Assembly (NCBI RefSeq): GCF_000018785.1
Contig: NC_010163.1
Coordinates: forward strand, 1,170,001-1,202,000
DNA: 32,000 nt
Direction: 5' to 3'
Source: Acholeplasma laidlawii PG-8A
GTDB lineage: Bacteria > Bacillota_I > Bacilli_A > Acholeplasmatales > Acholeplasmataceae
A model generated the notes under the pieces. The model saw nothing but the letters and a program-made list of their open reading frames with translations, ran no database searches and was not told where the DNA came from. This document shows, piece by piece, positions 1 to 13,215 of this stretch (its first letter is position 1; each line of letters begins with the position of its first letter). The position numbers and the translations under genes are program-made.

Positions 1-1965
1 ATCCTGGTGCTACCTCTTGTAGTTTAATTAAATTATTAAATTTATCATAGAATCTAACTTCATAATAAAGATATGTTTCATCAAATAATGCTTTAATGGT
101 GCGATTTTCTTTAACTGCTAAGCCGTTATTATCCCAACCGACAAATGTATATTTAATTTGATTTGTACTAGTTTTATAACCTACTGGGAATGTGACATTT
201 TGACCCCAACCAACTTGTATTTTGGTTGTTTCATCACCATTAATAAGTGTGACTTCATAACTAATTAAACGTGATCCCTTATTTAAGTTAATTGTCTTTT
301 CTGCTGTAATAAAGTCTAGTGTGCTACTCCAAGATATAAAGTAATATTCATAGCCTGTAGCTTGATTTGGATGATCCTTTAGGTAAGTTGTTAAATCTGG
401 TGCTACTGCATCTTTTCCATATAATACATATTGTGTATTTAAGATGGTTGCACCATCTGTAAAGGTAATTAAGTATTGTCCAGCTACTTCTTGGTAGTTT
501 GCATATACTAAAGTATCTGAGGTAATATTTTTATAATTTGCACCCCAAGAGATAAACTTATAACCAATTTCTTTTGTACCTTCTTTAAATGGTATACCTT
601 CTGGTAATATAGCTGTTTTACCATACTCGGTTTCTACAGTCTTATAAACTGTATCTTGATCAATCATAAATGTTACTTGGTAAGTTCTTGGACTTGATTT
701 AAACACAGGATATATTTCTAGATTTCCCGTAATAACAGTAAAATCTTGATCCCAACCATCAAATGTATAAATTTCAGATACACTTGATGGTTTGGTTGGA
801 TTATTTATTGGTTGAACTGCACTATTTAAATATTCAACAACTTGTACTTTATCAATGATTTTGCCAAAGGCATCGTAAAACGATACTTCATAATATCTAT
901 CTACTCTAATGAATTTAGGTCTTACATTTAAGTTTTCTGTAATATAAGCATAATCTTCTATCCAACCATCAAACTTATAGGCATCATTGCCTGCTGGTGC
1001 TTGAGTTGGCACCTCACTTGGATGTGCAGCCATATCACCATATAGTACTTGTTGACTAGATAAAATACTACCATCACCATTAAAGAAGTTTACTGTATAA
1101 CTTCTTCTAACTTCTTTGAACTGTGCAATTACATCCATACTTGTTGTAATACTTGAAATATCTTTATCCCAACCACTAAATTCATATTTGAATTCAGGTG
1201 TTTGAGCCTTAATAGGTAATACACTTGGTGGTTCTACACTAAATAAATACTCACCCATTTTTGTTTCTATATGCATACCATCAAAGTTATAGAATTTAAT
1301 TTCATAATATCTTTGAACTGGTGTAAAGATTGGATGAATATCCATTGACTCAGTAATTACTACATTAAAGTTATAATCCCAACCTTCAAAGTGATACGCA
1401 TAAGTATCATAAGTTTTTGTAGGTATTTTACTTGTAGGTTGAATATATTGATTATATTCACCTTTTTGACGCTCAAACAAATGACCATCACCGTCATAAT
1501 AATTAATTGTATAGTATCTATCCATTTGATGATACTCTGCACGTATTTGAGTTGGTTTTAAAATTTGAGTACCATTAAAATCAAATATCCAGCGCATATA
1601 TTCATAAACATATAATGCATTTTTATTCTTTAATGGAATTAACCCGTCTGGTTGTTGAACATATTGTCCATGTCTAATTTCTTCTTCATGAATTACTTTA
1701 TTGTTGCCATCTATAAACTGTACTAAGTGATATGCTTCTTCCCATTTAGCATAGACTTCAATGTCTTTTTCTTCGTTAAATACTTGGATACTTTGACCCG
1801 ATTTATTAGTAAGTTGAATCTCTATACCATCTTGATCATAATACCAACCTAAGAAGTTATATCCAAAGTATGTTGGTACATATAATTGATAGTGTTCATT
1901 GTCTAATACATATTGTAGATTTTCATTTGTTGTTTCATTAAGTTCTTCAAATGTTACTGTGTATA
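1..1965 (-). repeat. Array of at least 9 Listeria-Bacteroides (Flg_new/InlB B-repeat-like) units of about 70 aa inside the giant CDS. It continues past the window edge.
   Basis: The pattern Y-x-V/I-x-F...G...V.YG...P...Y.F.GW recurs about every 205-215 nt. The GW-type motifs are FLGWYYD, YMRWIFD, FEGWDYN, FSGWDKD, FDGWIED, FDGWDQD, FISWGAN, FISWSST and FVGWDNN. Positions 1141-1560 were translated by hand; the rest was read by eye. Confidence 0.7.
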
Positions 1966-4900
1966 GTCTATTGTATGTACTTTCTTTAGATAGTGCTTGA
2001 ATGTGTGCTCTACTATCTTGAGCAAATACTTTTAACTGTGGATAATTTTCATTGAGTTCATTTAAGTTATAATTGGTTGACCAATGATCTAAGGGGCTTA
2101 CAAAATTCATTTGGTTAGAACTTGCACCAAATACATTTTGTCCAATCATGAATCTATGATCTAGTCCTTTAACATTATCACCATTAAAGGATGAACCGAC
2201 CGCACCTAGTGGTTTCGTGTGTGTTGTAGTATTTCGGTATGCACCTAATAAGGTTACATCAAAGTAACTATTATGAATACTTCCTGTATGGTAGAACCCT
2301 ACTAACATACCTATATGATTCTTACCATAGATAACGCCAGTGTTATAACTGTTGTATAGTGTTCCATTTAAGTATGCAGTTAAACCAGCTACATAATCAC
2401 TACCTGTAACTTTACCTTTATTGTATACATTTTTGATGACACCATTATTTGTAGCTGCAATACCAGCTACATATTGGTTCCCCACAATCACTGCCTGATT
2501 ATAAACATTTTCAATGACGCCATCATTGATTGCAGCAATGCCAGATACAGAATTTCTACCTGAAATATGACCTGATACACTAATATTTCTAACTTCACCG
2601 GTTGTACCTATATGACCAAATAATGCTTGATAGTCTAGTTGATTAGATACATGTACTCTAACATTGATACCTTTCCCATCTAAAATACCACTAAATGGTT
2701 TATCTTTTGTTCCTACAGGTGCAAATTTATAGTTGGACGGATGATCTACAAAGTTAAGTTCATCTATATCGCTACTTACTTCAAAATAAACACCTTTATA
2801 GGAATTACCATTGGTTGTACTATCAGCTAGTGCTAACCAGTCACTTTCATTTCTAATGAGGTAAGGATTTACCATGCTACCATCACCAACAATGAATGTA
2901 TGTGTTTCAACGGATTTTAAAGAGTCTTCTCTAACGTAGTCAAAACTACTGTTAGAAAACACAGTAAATTGTGGATAGAATGATGTAGAAATTAAACTTG
3001 GTAACATTTTGTATTTATTAGGGTTTGCAAGGTTCATGTTAGTAACTGATAAAGCGTGCATACCAATCATTTGACCGTGGTATAACCCGTTTGTTCTTAC
3101 ATCACTAGTTTTATTACCTACTGGATATTGAGGTTTTTTGTAACCTGATAAATCGCTTTGGTTGGTGACATCTATATCATAATAAATGGATGATAAATTA
3201 CCGTTTTCAATGAAACCGATAATAATACCAATGTCTTCAACACTATAGATTTCACCAAATTGGTAGACACTAGAAATTGAACCTGTGTTCATATAAGCAA
3301 CAATACCTGCAGCTTGACCTTTTTTACTTAAAATCATACCAGCGTTATAAGCTTCACTTAAATTACCAGCACTAAAGTTACCAACAATACCAGCGGCATT
3401 TTGGTTTGTAGCAATAATCTGTCCACTATTAAATACTTGATAGATAATAGAACTATTAGTACCAGCAATACCAGCAGCAATACTATCTTTTGCAAGAATA
3501 TGACCGCTGTTATAACTATTAGAAATTTCACCCATATTATGTCCTGTAATACCGGCAACGTTACTAAATCCAGTAACATCATTTCTATTATAGGCATCCA
3601 TAATTACACCATCATTTTGACCTGTAATACCACCTGTATATGATCCATTGGATGTTATTTTTCCTTGGTTAGTTACACGTTTAATTGTACCTTGGTTAAA
3701 TCCTACAATACCACCAATATCATTACCCAGTGTAGAAGTAATATGTGCATGATTATAAATATTTTCTATTGTACCTAAGTTTCTACCTGCTAAACCACCT
3801 AAATATGCATGTCCACGAATATTACCAGTAATGACCATGTTAGATACTTTAGCTGTTTCACCGATTGTGTGGAAGATACCAAGATATTCTGAATTTGTTG
3901 AAAGTTCAATAATAAATCTAGCTTGTTTACCATCAAAGATACCACCAAAGTTATATTCATTTGAACCAATTGGAGTATAACCTAGATCTTCTAAGGTTAA
4001 ATCAATTTGCGTAACTTTCGGTGCTACTTCAAAATATTTACCAACGAACTCATGGCCATCTCTAACATAATCACCAATGATCATCATGTCGTAACCATCA
4101 TAAATAAGATATGGATTTAACTTTGTTCCTAAACCTTCTAACTTATTATACGTAATACTTTCTAGTGAATCTTCTACAAAAACATTATATGCATGATCAA
4201 TGAATATATATAGTTCTGGGAAGTAGGTTGTAAAATCTGTTCCTTGTTTGGTTTGATATAAACTTTGATCAAAGTTCATTTGTGTAATATCATCACCTAA
4301 ACTATAGATAAATGTCATTTCACTTAATGTCCTAGCACTTACATGTGCGCTGTCTTCTACATTATAAATGGCATGTTTTACTAATTTATTTGAATCTAAT
4401 TGTTTCATATTTTCTATTTCTGTTGAATTATAATATGCATTTGAAATAAGTCCCTTATTTTCTACTACAATACCAGCAGCATAGCTATTTGCAGATAACT
4501 GGCCACTATAGAAAATTTCATTTATTTCACCTTCATGGATTGCAGCTATACCTGCTGCATAACTATTTGCAGTAATTGAAGTGGTTGCGTATGCATGTTC
4601 CAAACTCCCTTTAAAGTGACCAAATAAGCCACCAACATAGTTTGATTTAGAGGCATGAATTACACCACTTGAAAAGACATTCGTTAGAATAGATTCGGTT
4701 TCAATATAACCAATTAACCCACCAACATAGTTACTAGATGCATAAATTGAGCCCATAAAATATGTAGCATTTGCAGTGATTGTTTGACTGTGTCCTATCA
4801 TACCACCAACATAACTTAATCCTTCTACTACGCCCTTTAAGCTAATATTTAATAATTCAGTTATTTGGCTATCTCCTGCTAATAAACCAACATAATCATG

Positions 4901-7900
4901 ACCAGTTACGACCATATCTTTAATGTAAATATTAGAAACAACACCATTTAATCTACCCGCAAGTGCTCCAACGTAATGTTTACCTTGTACTTCTCCTTCG
5001 AGTAGAAGATCTTTAATCAGTGCATCTTCTGATACAACACCAAACAACCCTTGATAATCCTTATTTGGGTTTTCTATTTTTAAGTTTATAGTTTGATTAC
5101 TTCCATCAAATGTAGCCTTAAATGGATTACTATATGTACCAATTGGTTCATATAAGTTTTTAATTGGTTCAAAATCAATAATTGCATCTTGATAGACTTT
5201 ATAGACTTGATCGATAGTATCTAGACCATCTTTAACTGCAATACCTAATCCACGTAAGTCATAACTGCTATATATTAAATAAGGGTTTATTGAAGTACCT
5301 TCACCATAAAGAAGTGGATGCATTACAGAGTTTCTTGAATCAGTTGTAATGTGTGATTTAGATGATGTTTCAAATACTTTTAGTTGAGGATAGAATGCAT
5401 CAAATGCTTGACTTTGTCTTGATACAAAGACACCTGTTTCAAATGTTACAAATAACTGTTCAGATGTTAATTGATTTTTATACACTGCATTTGGACCGAT
5501 AGTGGATGGTTTAAAGTATCCACTTGTATCATTTAAGATAGGTTCAATGGCAAAGTAGGCATTTTCTATGACACTCACACCATCTGTTCTACCATATAAA
5601 CCTGAAATATAACCACTTCTTTCAGAGGTGATTGGACTTGCTTGATAGACGTTATATAAGTTACCACCTAAATAACCTGCGATACCACCTGTACCTCTTA
5701 GTGATGTACTTAAAGTAGAATGAATATTACCAACGTTATAGGCGTTTTTAATCATTCTATTTCTTACAATACCACCTGTAATACCACCTACATAGACACC
5801 AGTTGATTGTATATTTCCTGTATTAAATGTGTTTATGATGTCATGATTTGCATAACCTGATATACCACCAATATAGTTAGTACCTGTAATATGAGCTAGG
5901 TTATAACTATTTTCAATGATTCCATAGTTTCTACCTGATATACCACCAATAAAGTTAGTACCCTTAATACTACCTTCAACGCTGACATTCTTCACATAAC
6001 CGTTTGATCCAATAACACCAAATAAACCTTGGTATTCAAAGTTGTTATTTAAGTTAATATTAAATTTGACACCTTGGCCATCAAATGAACCTTGGAAATT
6101 GACACTGCTATTACCAATTGGTACATAAGGTATATCTAATAAGGTTAAATCAATATAGTCTACATCACTTGCTACTTTAAAGTAAGTATTTAACAAGCTA
6201 TAACGTGCCCCAATCATTTGACTTACAGATTCCATATCATAATGCGTTCTAATGATATATGGATCTTCAAAAGTTCCACTACCTTCATTAAACTTACTAA
6301 TGGTTACACTATCTTTAGAATAATCTTTAATTGGTTTATATATACTCTTTGAAAAACCTTTAATTTGTGGGTAATATGCATAGAAACCTACACTATTTTC
6401 AAATGTCCATTCATTTTCAAATACTAAGGTACCACTGTATAGTTTGTGACTTACAACACCATAGACACTATCTGTATTACCTTGATTTCCTGTTGCAATA
6501 AACGGTTTTGAATATCCTGTAATATCAGGGCTAACCTCTATTTTAGATTCATTGTAGTAAAGATTATATAACTCAGAAGCGTTTGATCCTACAATGCCGC
6601 CAACATAGGATGTCCCATAGATATTTGAAGATGCATATCCATCAGAAATAATGCCCGTATTATTACCTGAAATACCACCGATATGTTCGTTTCCTCTTAC
6701 ACTACCAATTGCGTAACTTACACGAACTTCTCCGTGGTTTGAGCCGGTTATGCCACCAACATTATCTTTACCTACTAAATCTGCTGTTGTAAATACATTT
6801 TCTATAACACCATAGTTTACACCAGCAATAGATCCTACAAAGTTATTTCCAGTGATACTTCCAGATACACTTAAATTCTTGACGTGAGCAGTATCTCCAA
6901 GATAACCAAATAATCCTTGATAATTTGATGAAGTATTCATCTTTACAACAAAATTCGTATGCGTACCATCAAAAGACCCTTTAAATTGTGTAGCGATTGA
7001 ACCAATAGGTTTATAGTTCACTTCATAAGTTAGATCGATAACCGATACATCTTCTTTAACTTTAAAGTAGATACCTTCAAAATCTATACCACTAGAAACT
7101 AAGTTAGAAAGTATTTCCATGTCATATTTATTGACAATTACATAAGGAACATCAAAACTACCTTCACCTACAAAAACATAGGATTTAACAGACTCGATAG
7201 AGTCTTTTTGAACGCGCTCACTTAGGTGAGTGCTAAATACTTTTAATTGTGGATAGAAAGCTTCAACACCATTTGTTTCAATAAATACCCATTCATTACT
7301 ATCTAGTGTCATATTAGATTGTCCTTTAAGCCCGACAATCTCTGTTTTACTTAAACCTTTAATATGTTCTTGATTGAGCTTGTTGCCAATGGATTGAATT
7401 GGTACATTATATCCTGTTGGGACTACGATGGAATCAATAATAGATGCATCATAATAAATATCTGATTCAAAGGTTGTACCTTCAATACGACCAATCAAGC
7501 CACCAAGATAACCTGTATTTTTACCTAAAATGACCCCAGCACTATAACCTTGAGAAATTTGACCGTTTCGGTGTGCACCTGTGATACCACCTATATAAGT
7601 TGCTGTTGTTGTACCTTCAACCATACCTCTGTTATAAACATAAGAAACATTATTAGCGTTATATAGATAACCTACAATACCACCAACTACTTGAACACCT
7701 TTAATATGTCCAAAGTTAAACACTTTACTAATTGTACTTGTTTGACTAAAACCGATAATACCACCAATATCTCTTGAGATTGCAGTAACATTGGCCATAT
7801 TATAGATATTATTTATATTGGAGTTTGTGCTTAAACCAATTAAACCACCAACATATCTTGTACCTAAAACTTCTGCATGATTAAAAATATTAGATATACT

Positions 7901-10900
7901 TGCACCATTGATTTCACCTGCAAGGGCACCAACATAATTTCTACCATGTACTTTACCAGTAATTTCAATATTTTTAACTTCTGCGTTTTGACCTAAATAA
8001 CCAAATAAACCTAAGTAATCTGTTGTAGTTTTTAATAATTCAATTTGGATTGTCACACCATTACCATCAAATCCACCTTTAAATTGTTGATTGATGCTTG
8101 CACTGTGACCAATACGTTCAAACCCTAAACCTTCTATCGTTAAATCAAGTAGACTTACACCATCTATTACCTTAAAGTATATGCCATCTAAGTTATTAGA
8201 TTTAGTGATGTCTGATAAAGCCTTCATATCCGCTTCATGACGAATGATATATGGGTTTGACTTAGAACCAGATCCATTCGCAAACCTAATTACACTTGTA
8301 TATAAGAGTGCATTTGTGCGTACCACACTACTTGCATGTTCTGCAAATGATTTTAATTGAGGATAGTAATCATATAAGCCATTTGTAGGGCTTAACTTCC
8401 ATAAATCATTACTTAATAAAATACCTTCTTGACTAAATACTTCTATACCTGTTAATGCTTCTTTTTCAACTTTAAAGTGATTAAATACAATTAGATTTCC
8501 AACAGCGTTATTTGGTTTAATAAAGCCATCTAAGATATCATCATAATAAATAATTGTACCATTATAATTTAAGTTTGAAATGAGTTCATTAGAACTAAAT
8601 CCTACAAGTGCACCCACATGGTTTTGACCATGGATCCTACCACCATAATAACCTTCATGAATGGTGCCTTCATTAAATCCTACAAGACCACCAACACCTT
8701 GGCTACCTGTAACATTTCCAGTACTAAACATTGTGTCTAGACTACCCTTATTATAACCTACTAAACCACCAACATTTTGGTTACCTGTAACATGAACCTT
8801 CGCATAGACATTTTCTATTTGTCCATCATTTTTACCAGCAACACCACCAACGTAGTTATTACCTTTTATAGTTCCTGAAACTGATAAATTTGAAATGGAT
8901 GCACCTGATGAAAGTTGACCAAATAGACCAACATAGTTTTTATCCATCATATCAAGTTCAATGATAAAGTGTGTATAGTCACCATCAAAGTGACCCTTAA
9001 ATGGTACATCTTGACCAATTGGTTTATAGTTTGTTCCAACTAAATTCATTTCAAATACATTTGGTGCAACGATATAGTATTTACCAAGTGCATCATATTC
9101 ATGTGATATAGAGTGTGAAAGTATTACCATATCATCTACATTTCTAATTAAATATGGACTTTCTTTTGTACCATCACCAGTAAATGGATTAGTTCTTGTT
9201 GAAATAATTGAATCATTTACAACATGTTCATTTGCATTTTCTGCAAAATATTTTAATTGAGGAAAATATGCATAATTGCCTTCAATTTCTTTAAAAGTCC
9301 ATGTGTTTAAATTAAAACCTCTTGTCAGCATTTGATCATTAAACATGGTTGCTTTATCAAGACCTTGGCCACCTAATGCATCACTTGGTTTAACATACCC
9401 TGATAATGGTGTAAAGGTTCTTAACATGGTGACTTCATAGTAGTTGTTTGTGTTTGTTAAATAACTTCCACTTGCTGAGGCATAGACCCCACCAACTCTC
9501 GATTTAGACGATACATACGCTGCATTATAGTTATATCTAATATTGGAGTTATTTTGGTAGCTTGCTAGTATTTGTCCAACAATACCACCCACTAAATCTG
9601 CTCCAATAACTTCACCTCTATTATAAGTATTATAGATATGACTTTGTAATCCTGCAGCCCCGACTACACCACCTACATAGTTTCCTGTGGATGTTACTTT
9701 AGCGTGGTTATATACGCGTTGTACGGTTGCACCTGTCATGTAACCTACAACACCACCGGTGTAGTGTCTTCCTTCTATACTTGCTAGGTTATAGACGTTT
9801 TCTACAGTACCACTAACTTGGTATGCCACAACACCTGATACATAATCATTTCCTTTAACAGATCCTGTAACATATAAGTTTCTTATCACACCAACACCAA
9901 AATAACCAAACAGTGCTTGGTAATCTTTTGTAGTATCTAAGGTATTTATATGAAACTCTGCGTTATTTCCATCAAACGTTCCATAAAATCTCTTTGTTGG
10001 TGTTCCAATGGGTTCGTAATCTTCAAAGACGAATCTTGTTACACCATCTGCTACCTTAAAATAGAACCCTTCAAAGGTATTCCCGTTTTTGACTTTGTTA
10101 TTAAGTTCGATAAAGTCTTCTTCATTATAGATAATAAACGGCATATCCGATGTACCCATACCATCTTTAATATCTAATGTGACTGACTCTTTAGATCTAG
10201 TTTTAGTTGTTGCTACTTCATTTTGACTAAATACTTTGAGTTGTGGGTAATACCCTAACTCATCCGTTTTTTCTTCAAAGTAAAAGTGTGTATTAGGTAA
10301 GAGTGCACTACCTTGAATCATTTGGCTCGTATTTTTTGCGTGTAATGCTGTTTCTAAACTTGATGGTTTGATTAACCCTTCTGGTTGATAATAATTAGCG
10401 ATTACGATAACATCGTAATATAAATTGGTAAGTCCTAAGTAGCTACCACCTGAGGCTACTCCATATACACCACCAACAGATCCTTTACCCGCTACTTTAC
10501 CTCTACTATAAACATGTCTTAAATAACTATTATTTGTATATGCTGCATAAATACCACCAGTAATACCACCGACATAAGTACCACCAATAATCTCACCTAT
10601 ATTATAGGCGTAATCTAATATACCATTATAGTAGGTTTGACCGGTAATACCACCGACATAGTTTTCAGTACCTGTGATGTTTGCTGTATTATATACATTT
10701 TGTACTCGGCTTCCTGTATGATACCCTACAATACCTGATACATAATTTCTACCAGTTACACTTCCAGATACCGATAAGTTTTCTATCACACCTGTTGTGT
10801 GATAACCAAATAAACCTTGGTAATCACTATCTGGTCGATTAATATCCAATATAAAGTTTGCACCATTTCCATCAAATGAACCTAAAAATGGTTTAGTTGG

Positions 10901-13093
10901 TGATCCAATTGGAATAAAGTTTCCTAAATCAAATTCAGTTAAACCTGCATCGACTTTAAAATGATAATTTAAATAAGTATTTCCTTTAGACACTGCCAGT
11001 GATAAATCATGCATGTCTTGTTCTGTCTTTATTAAAAACGGGGTTGTCTTTGTACCGAATCCATAAGATACATCCATTTTTACTGAATCTATGGAATCGA
11101 GTTTAATTTCCACATTTGGATTGGTTGTAAATATTTTTAGTTGTGGATAATATGCATAATCCCCTGATTTTGCTTTTAACTCCCAAATCGCTGCGTTATA
11201 CCCTAGAGTAACGAGTTCACTAAACAGTAAGAAGTCTGAGGTTTTACCTTGTGCAATATTTGTTGTGCCTGGTTTGTTATAACCTAAACCTGGGTCAAAA
11301 TCTGTAAGGATGGATGTATCGTAATAGTTATTGGTGTCTGTTAAATAACTTCCACTTGCTGAGGCATAGACCCCACCAACTCTCGATTTAGACGATACAT
11401 ACGCTGCATTATAGTTATATCTAATATTGGAGTTATTTTGGTAGCTTGCTAGTATTTGTCCAACAATACCACCCACTAAATCTGCTCCAATAACTTCACC
11501 TCTATTATAAGTATTATAGATATGACTTTGTAATCCTGCAGCCCCGACTACACCACCTACATAGTTTCCTGTGGATGTTACTTTAGCGTGGTTATATACG
11601 CGTTGTACGGTTGCACCTGTCATGTAACCTACAACACCACCGGTGTAGTGTCTTCCTTCTATACTTGCTAGGTTATAGACGTTTTCTACAGTACCACTAA
11701 CTTGGTATGCCACAACACCTGATACATAATCATTTCCTTTAACAGATCCTGTAACATATAAGTTTCTTATCACACCAACACCAAAATAACCAAACAGTGC
11801 TTGGTAATCTTTTGTAGTATCTAAGGTATTTATATGAAACTCTGCGTTATTTCCATCAAACGTTCCATAAAATCTCTTTGTTGGTGTTCCAATGGGTTCG
11901 TAATCTTCAAAGACGAATCTTGTTACACCATCTGCTACCTTAAAATAGAACCCTTCAAAGGTATTCCCGTTTTTGACTTTGTTATTAAGTTCGATAAAGT
12001 CTTCTTCATTATAGATAATAAACGGAAAACTTTGTGTCCCTATTCCGTCAGTAATATCCACCTTAACAGATTGAATTGAGCTGTTTTTCTTATAAGCTAG
12101 CGTGTCGTTAGGATGATTAATAAAATATTTTAATTGAGGATAGAATCCAAATCCCTCAGTCCTAGGTTCAAAATGCCAATAGTCTCCATGAAGTGATTTA
12201 GAATCCATATCATAAAGTTGTTGACTATTTTTTGCATGTGCTGTGGTTTCTAGGCTAGATGGTTTAACATACCCTTCCGGTTGATAATAATTAGCGATTA
12301 CGATAACATCGTAATAAGCGTTTGTGAGACCAAGGTAACTACCACCTGAGGCTACTCCATATACACCACCAACAGATCCTTTACCCGCTACTTTACCCCT
12401 ACTATAAACATGTCTTAAATAACTATTATTTGTATATGCTGCATAAATACCACCCGTTATACCACCAACATACGTACCACCTATGATTTCACCTGTATTA
12501 TAGGCGTAATCTAATATACCATTATAGTAGGTTTGACCCGTAATGCCACCGACATAATTTAGTGCACCATTTATAAACGCTTCATTGTAAACATTTAGTA
12601 TTCTACTATTTGTATGGAATCCAGCAATACCAGCAACATATGATTTACCAAAAACTCTACCACTTACAGATAAGTTTTCAATCACACCACCATTTACATA
12701 GCCAAAAAGACCTTGATAATCACTTTCAGGTCTATTAATGTTTAATATAAACTTGACACCGAAACCATCAAACGTTCCAGCAAACGGTTTAGTCGGTGAT
12801 CCTATTGGAATAAAATTGCCTAATCCAATTTCATTGACCGTTGACGATACTACAATAACTTTACCAGCAAATGTATTCCCTGCTAAGACAGCCTGAGATA
12901 AAGCATTCATATCTTCAGCATTACTGATGATATAAGGATTTGTCTCGGTTCCATCTTGGCCTTCTGCCATAAAAATAGACGCACCATATGGCGTTCTATA
13001 ACTAATAGTAATTTTTTCTTCATTGACTTCAGGTGACTGATTTGGTTGATTTAAAAGAATTATTAATGACGTTAAACATAAGATAACTAAGCA
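1..13093 (-). CDS. Giant modular secreted/surface protein, adhesin-like, more than 4,360 aa with the C-terminus beyond the window edge. It has an N-terminal signal/anchor, about 11 GLUG-motif modules, then Listeria-Bacteroides (Flg_new) repeats.
   Basis: The minus-strand frame with codon first bases at coordinates 1 mod 3 is open from the stop at 13109-13111 down to position 2. I hand-checked this at both ends and at 1141-1560 and 1921-2040. The track shows no closed ORF in this frame, consistent with the stop lying outside the window. The hand-translated N-terminus reads LSYLCLTSLIILLNQPNQSPEV...TNPYIISNAEDMNALSQAVLAGNTFAGK...PIGSPTKPFAGTFDGFGVKF...GLFGYVNGGVIENLSVSG...YVGGITGQ...YVGGITGG. 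The C-terminal part reads YYTINYYDGDGHLFERQKGEYNQYIQPTSKIPTKTYDTYAYHFEGWDYNF. The first in-frame start is TTG at 13093, but the start is ambiguous (see the A8 tract feature). Confidence 0.85.
9455..10141 (-). repeat. Copy 1 of a 687-bp 100% identical intragenic duplication, at an offset of 1884 bp (628 codons, in frame).
   Basis: Block-by-block comparison by eye of 9455-10141 with 11339-12025 found no mismatch. The antisense track ORFs 9950..10177 and 11834..12079 share an identical 64-aa prefix. Confidence 0.9.
11339..12025 (-). repeat. Copy 2 of the 687-bp identical intragenic duplication. The flanking module (12281-12560 vs 10385-10660) is also similar, roughly 85-90% identical by eye, with a 12-nt indel between the two matched regions.
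   Basis: Same comparison as copy 1. The next module is offset by 1896 bp, which is still a multiple of 3. Confidence 0.9.
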
Positions 13094-13102
13094 AATTGCT
13101 AT

Positions 13103-13110
13103 ATTTTTTT
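13103..13110 (-). promoter_or_regulatory. A8 (plus-strand T8) homopolymer that separates the RBS-proximal TTG start at 13128 from the giant ORF frame. It could be a phase-variation site, a slippage site or a sequencing error.
   Basis: GAAGAGGT-N8-TTG(13128) AAA AGT ATA AGA GTT AAA AAA AAT ... reaches TAA at 13072-13074 after 18 codons. With A9 the reading becomes MKSIRVKKKYSNLLSYLCLTSLIILLNQ..., a typical signal peptide fused in frame to the giant ORF. Confidence 0.5.
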
Positions 13111-13155
13111 TAACTCTTATACTTTTCAAATATAGTACCTCTTCATCCTAATAAT

Positions 13156-13184
13156 TAAAAAAAACCATGTATGCTACACATGGT
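13156..13184 (-). terminator. Intrinsic terminator/attenuator in the leader of the giant gene.
   Basis: The minus strand reads AACCATGT-gtagcat-ACATGGTT followed by a T-run (8 T in total). It ends about 28 nt upstream of TTG 13128. Confidence 0.7.
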
Positions 13185-13215
13185 TATAAATAGTTAAAAA
13201 AATTTATCTTCATTA

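Larger units (their letters stand above)
2000..13000 (-). repeat. About 11 tandem GLUG-motif modules of 300-415 aa each inside the giant CDS.
   Basis: The module signature PIG...PF.GTFDG.G recurs (plus-strand ccatcaaa) near 12775, 11850, 10875, 9975, 8990, 8072, 6970, 6085, 5107, 3935 and 2685. Each is followed by several GG(I/V)xG...(I/V)xN repeats and a (F/Y)YPQLK motif near 12130, 11140, 10240, 9250, 8350, 7240, 6360, 5390, 4210, 2970 and 2030. Confidence 0.7.

Noticed and set aside
1360-12079. Short track ORFs inside the giant gene (1360..1542, 3358..3597, 3401..3643, 9950..10177, 11834..12079).
   Set aside because: They are off-frame or antisense to the continuous 13-kb reading frame, with low-complexity composition. 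The identical pair 9950 and 11834 simply reflects the 687-bp duplication.
1-13000. Whether the periodic repeats could be a CRISPR array, or a template/variable repeat pair of a diversity-generating retroelement.
   Set aside because: The periodicity is 200-1900 bp, lies inside one open reading frame and is conserved at the protein-motif level. There are no short repeat-spacer units, no cas genes and no reverse transcriptase. The duplicated 687 bp are identical rather than differing at adenines.
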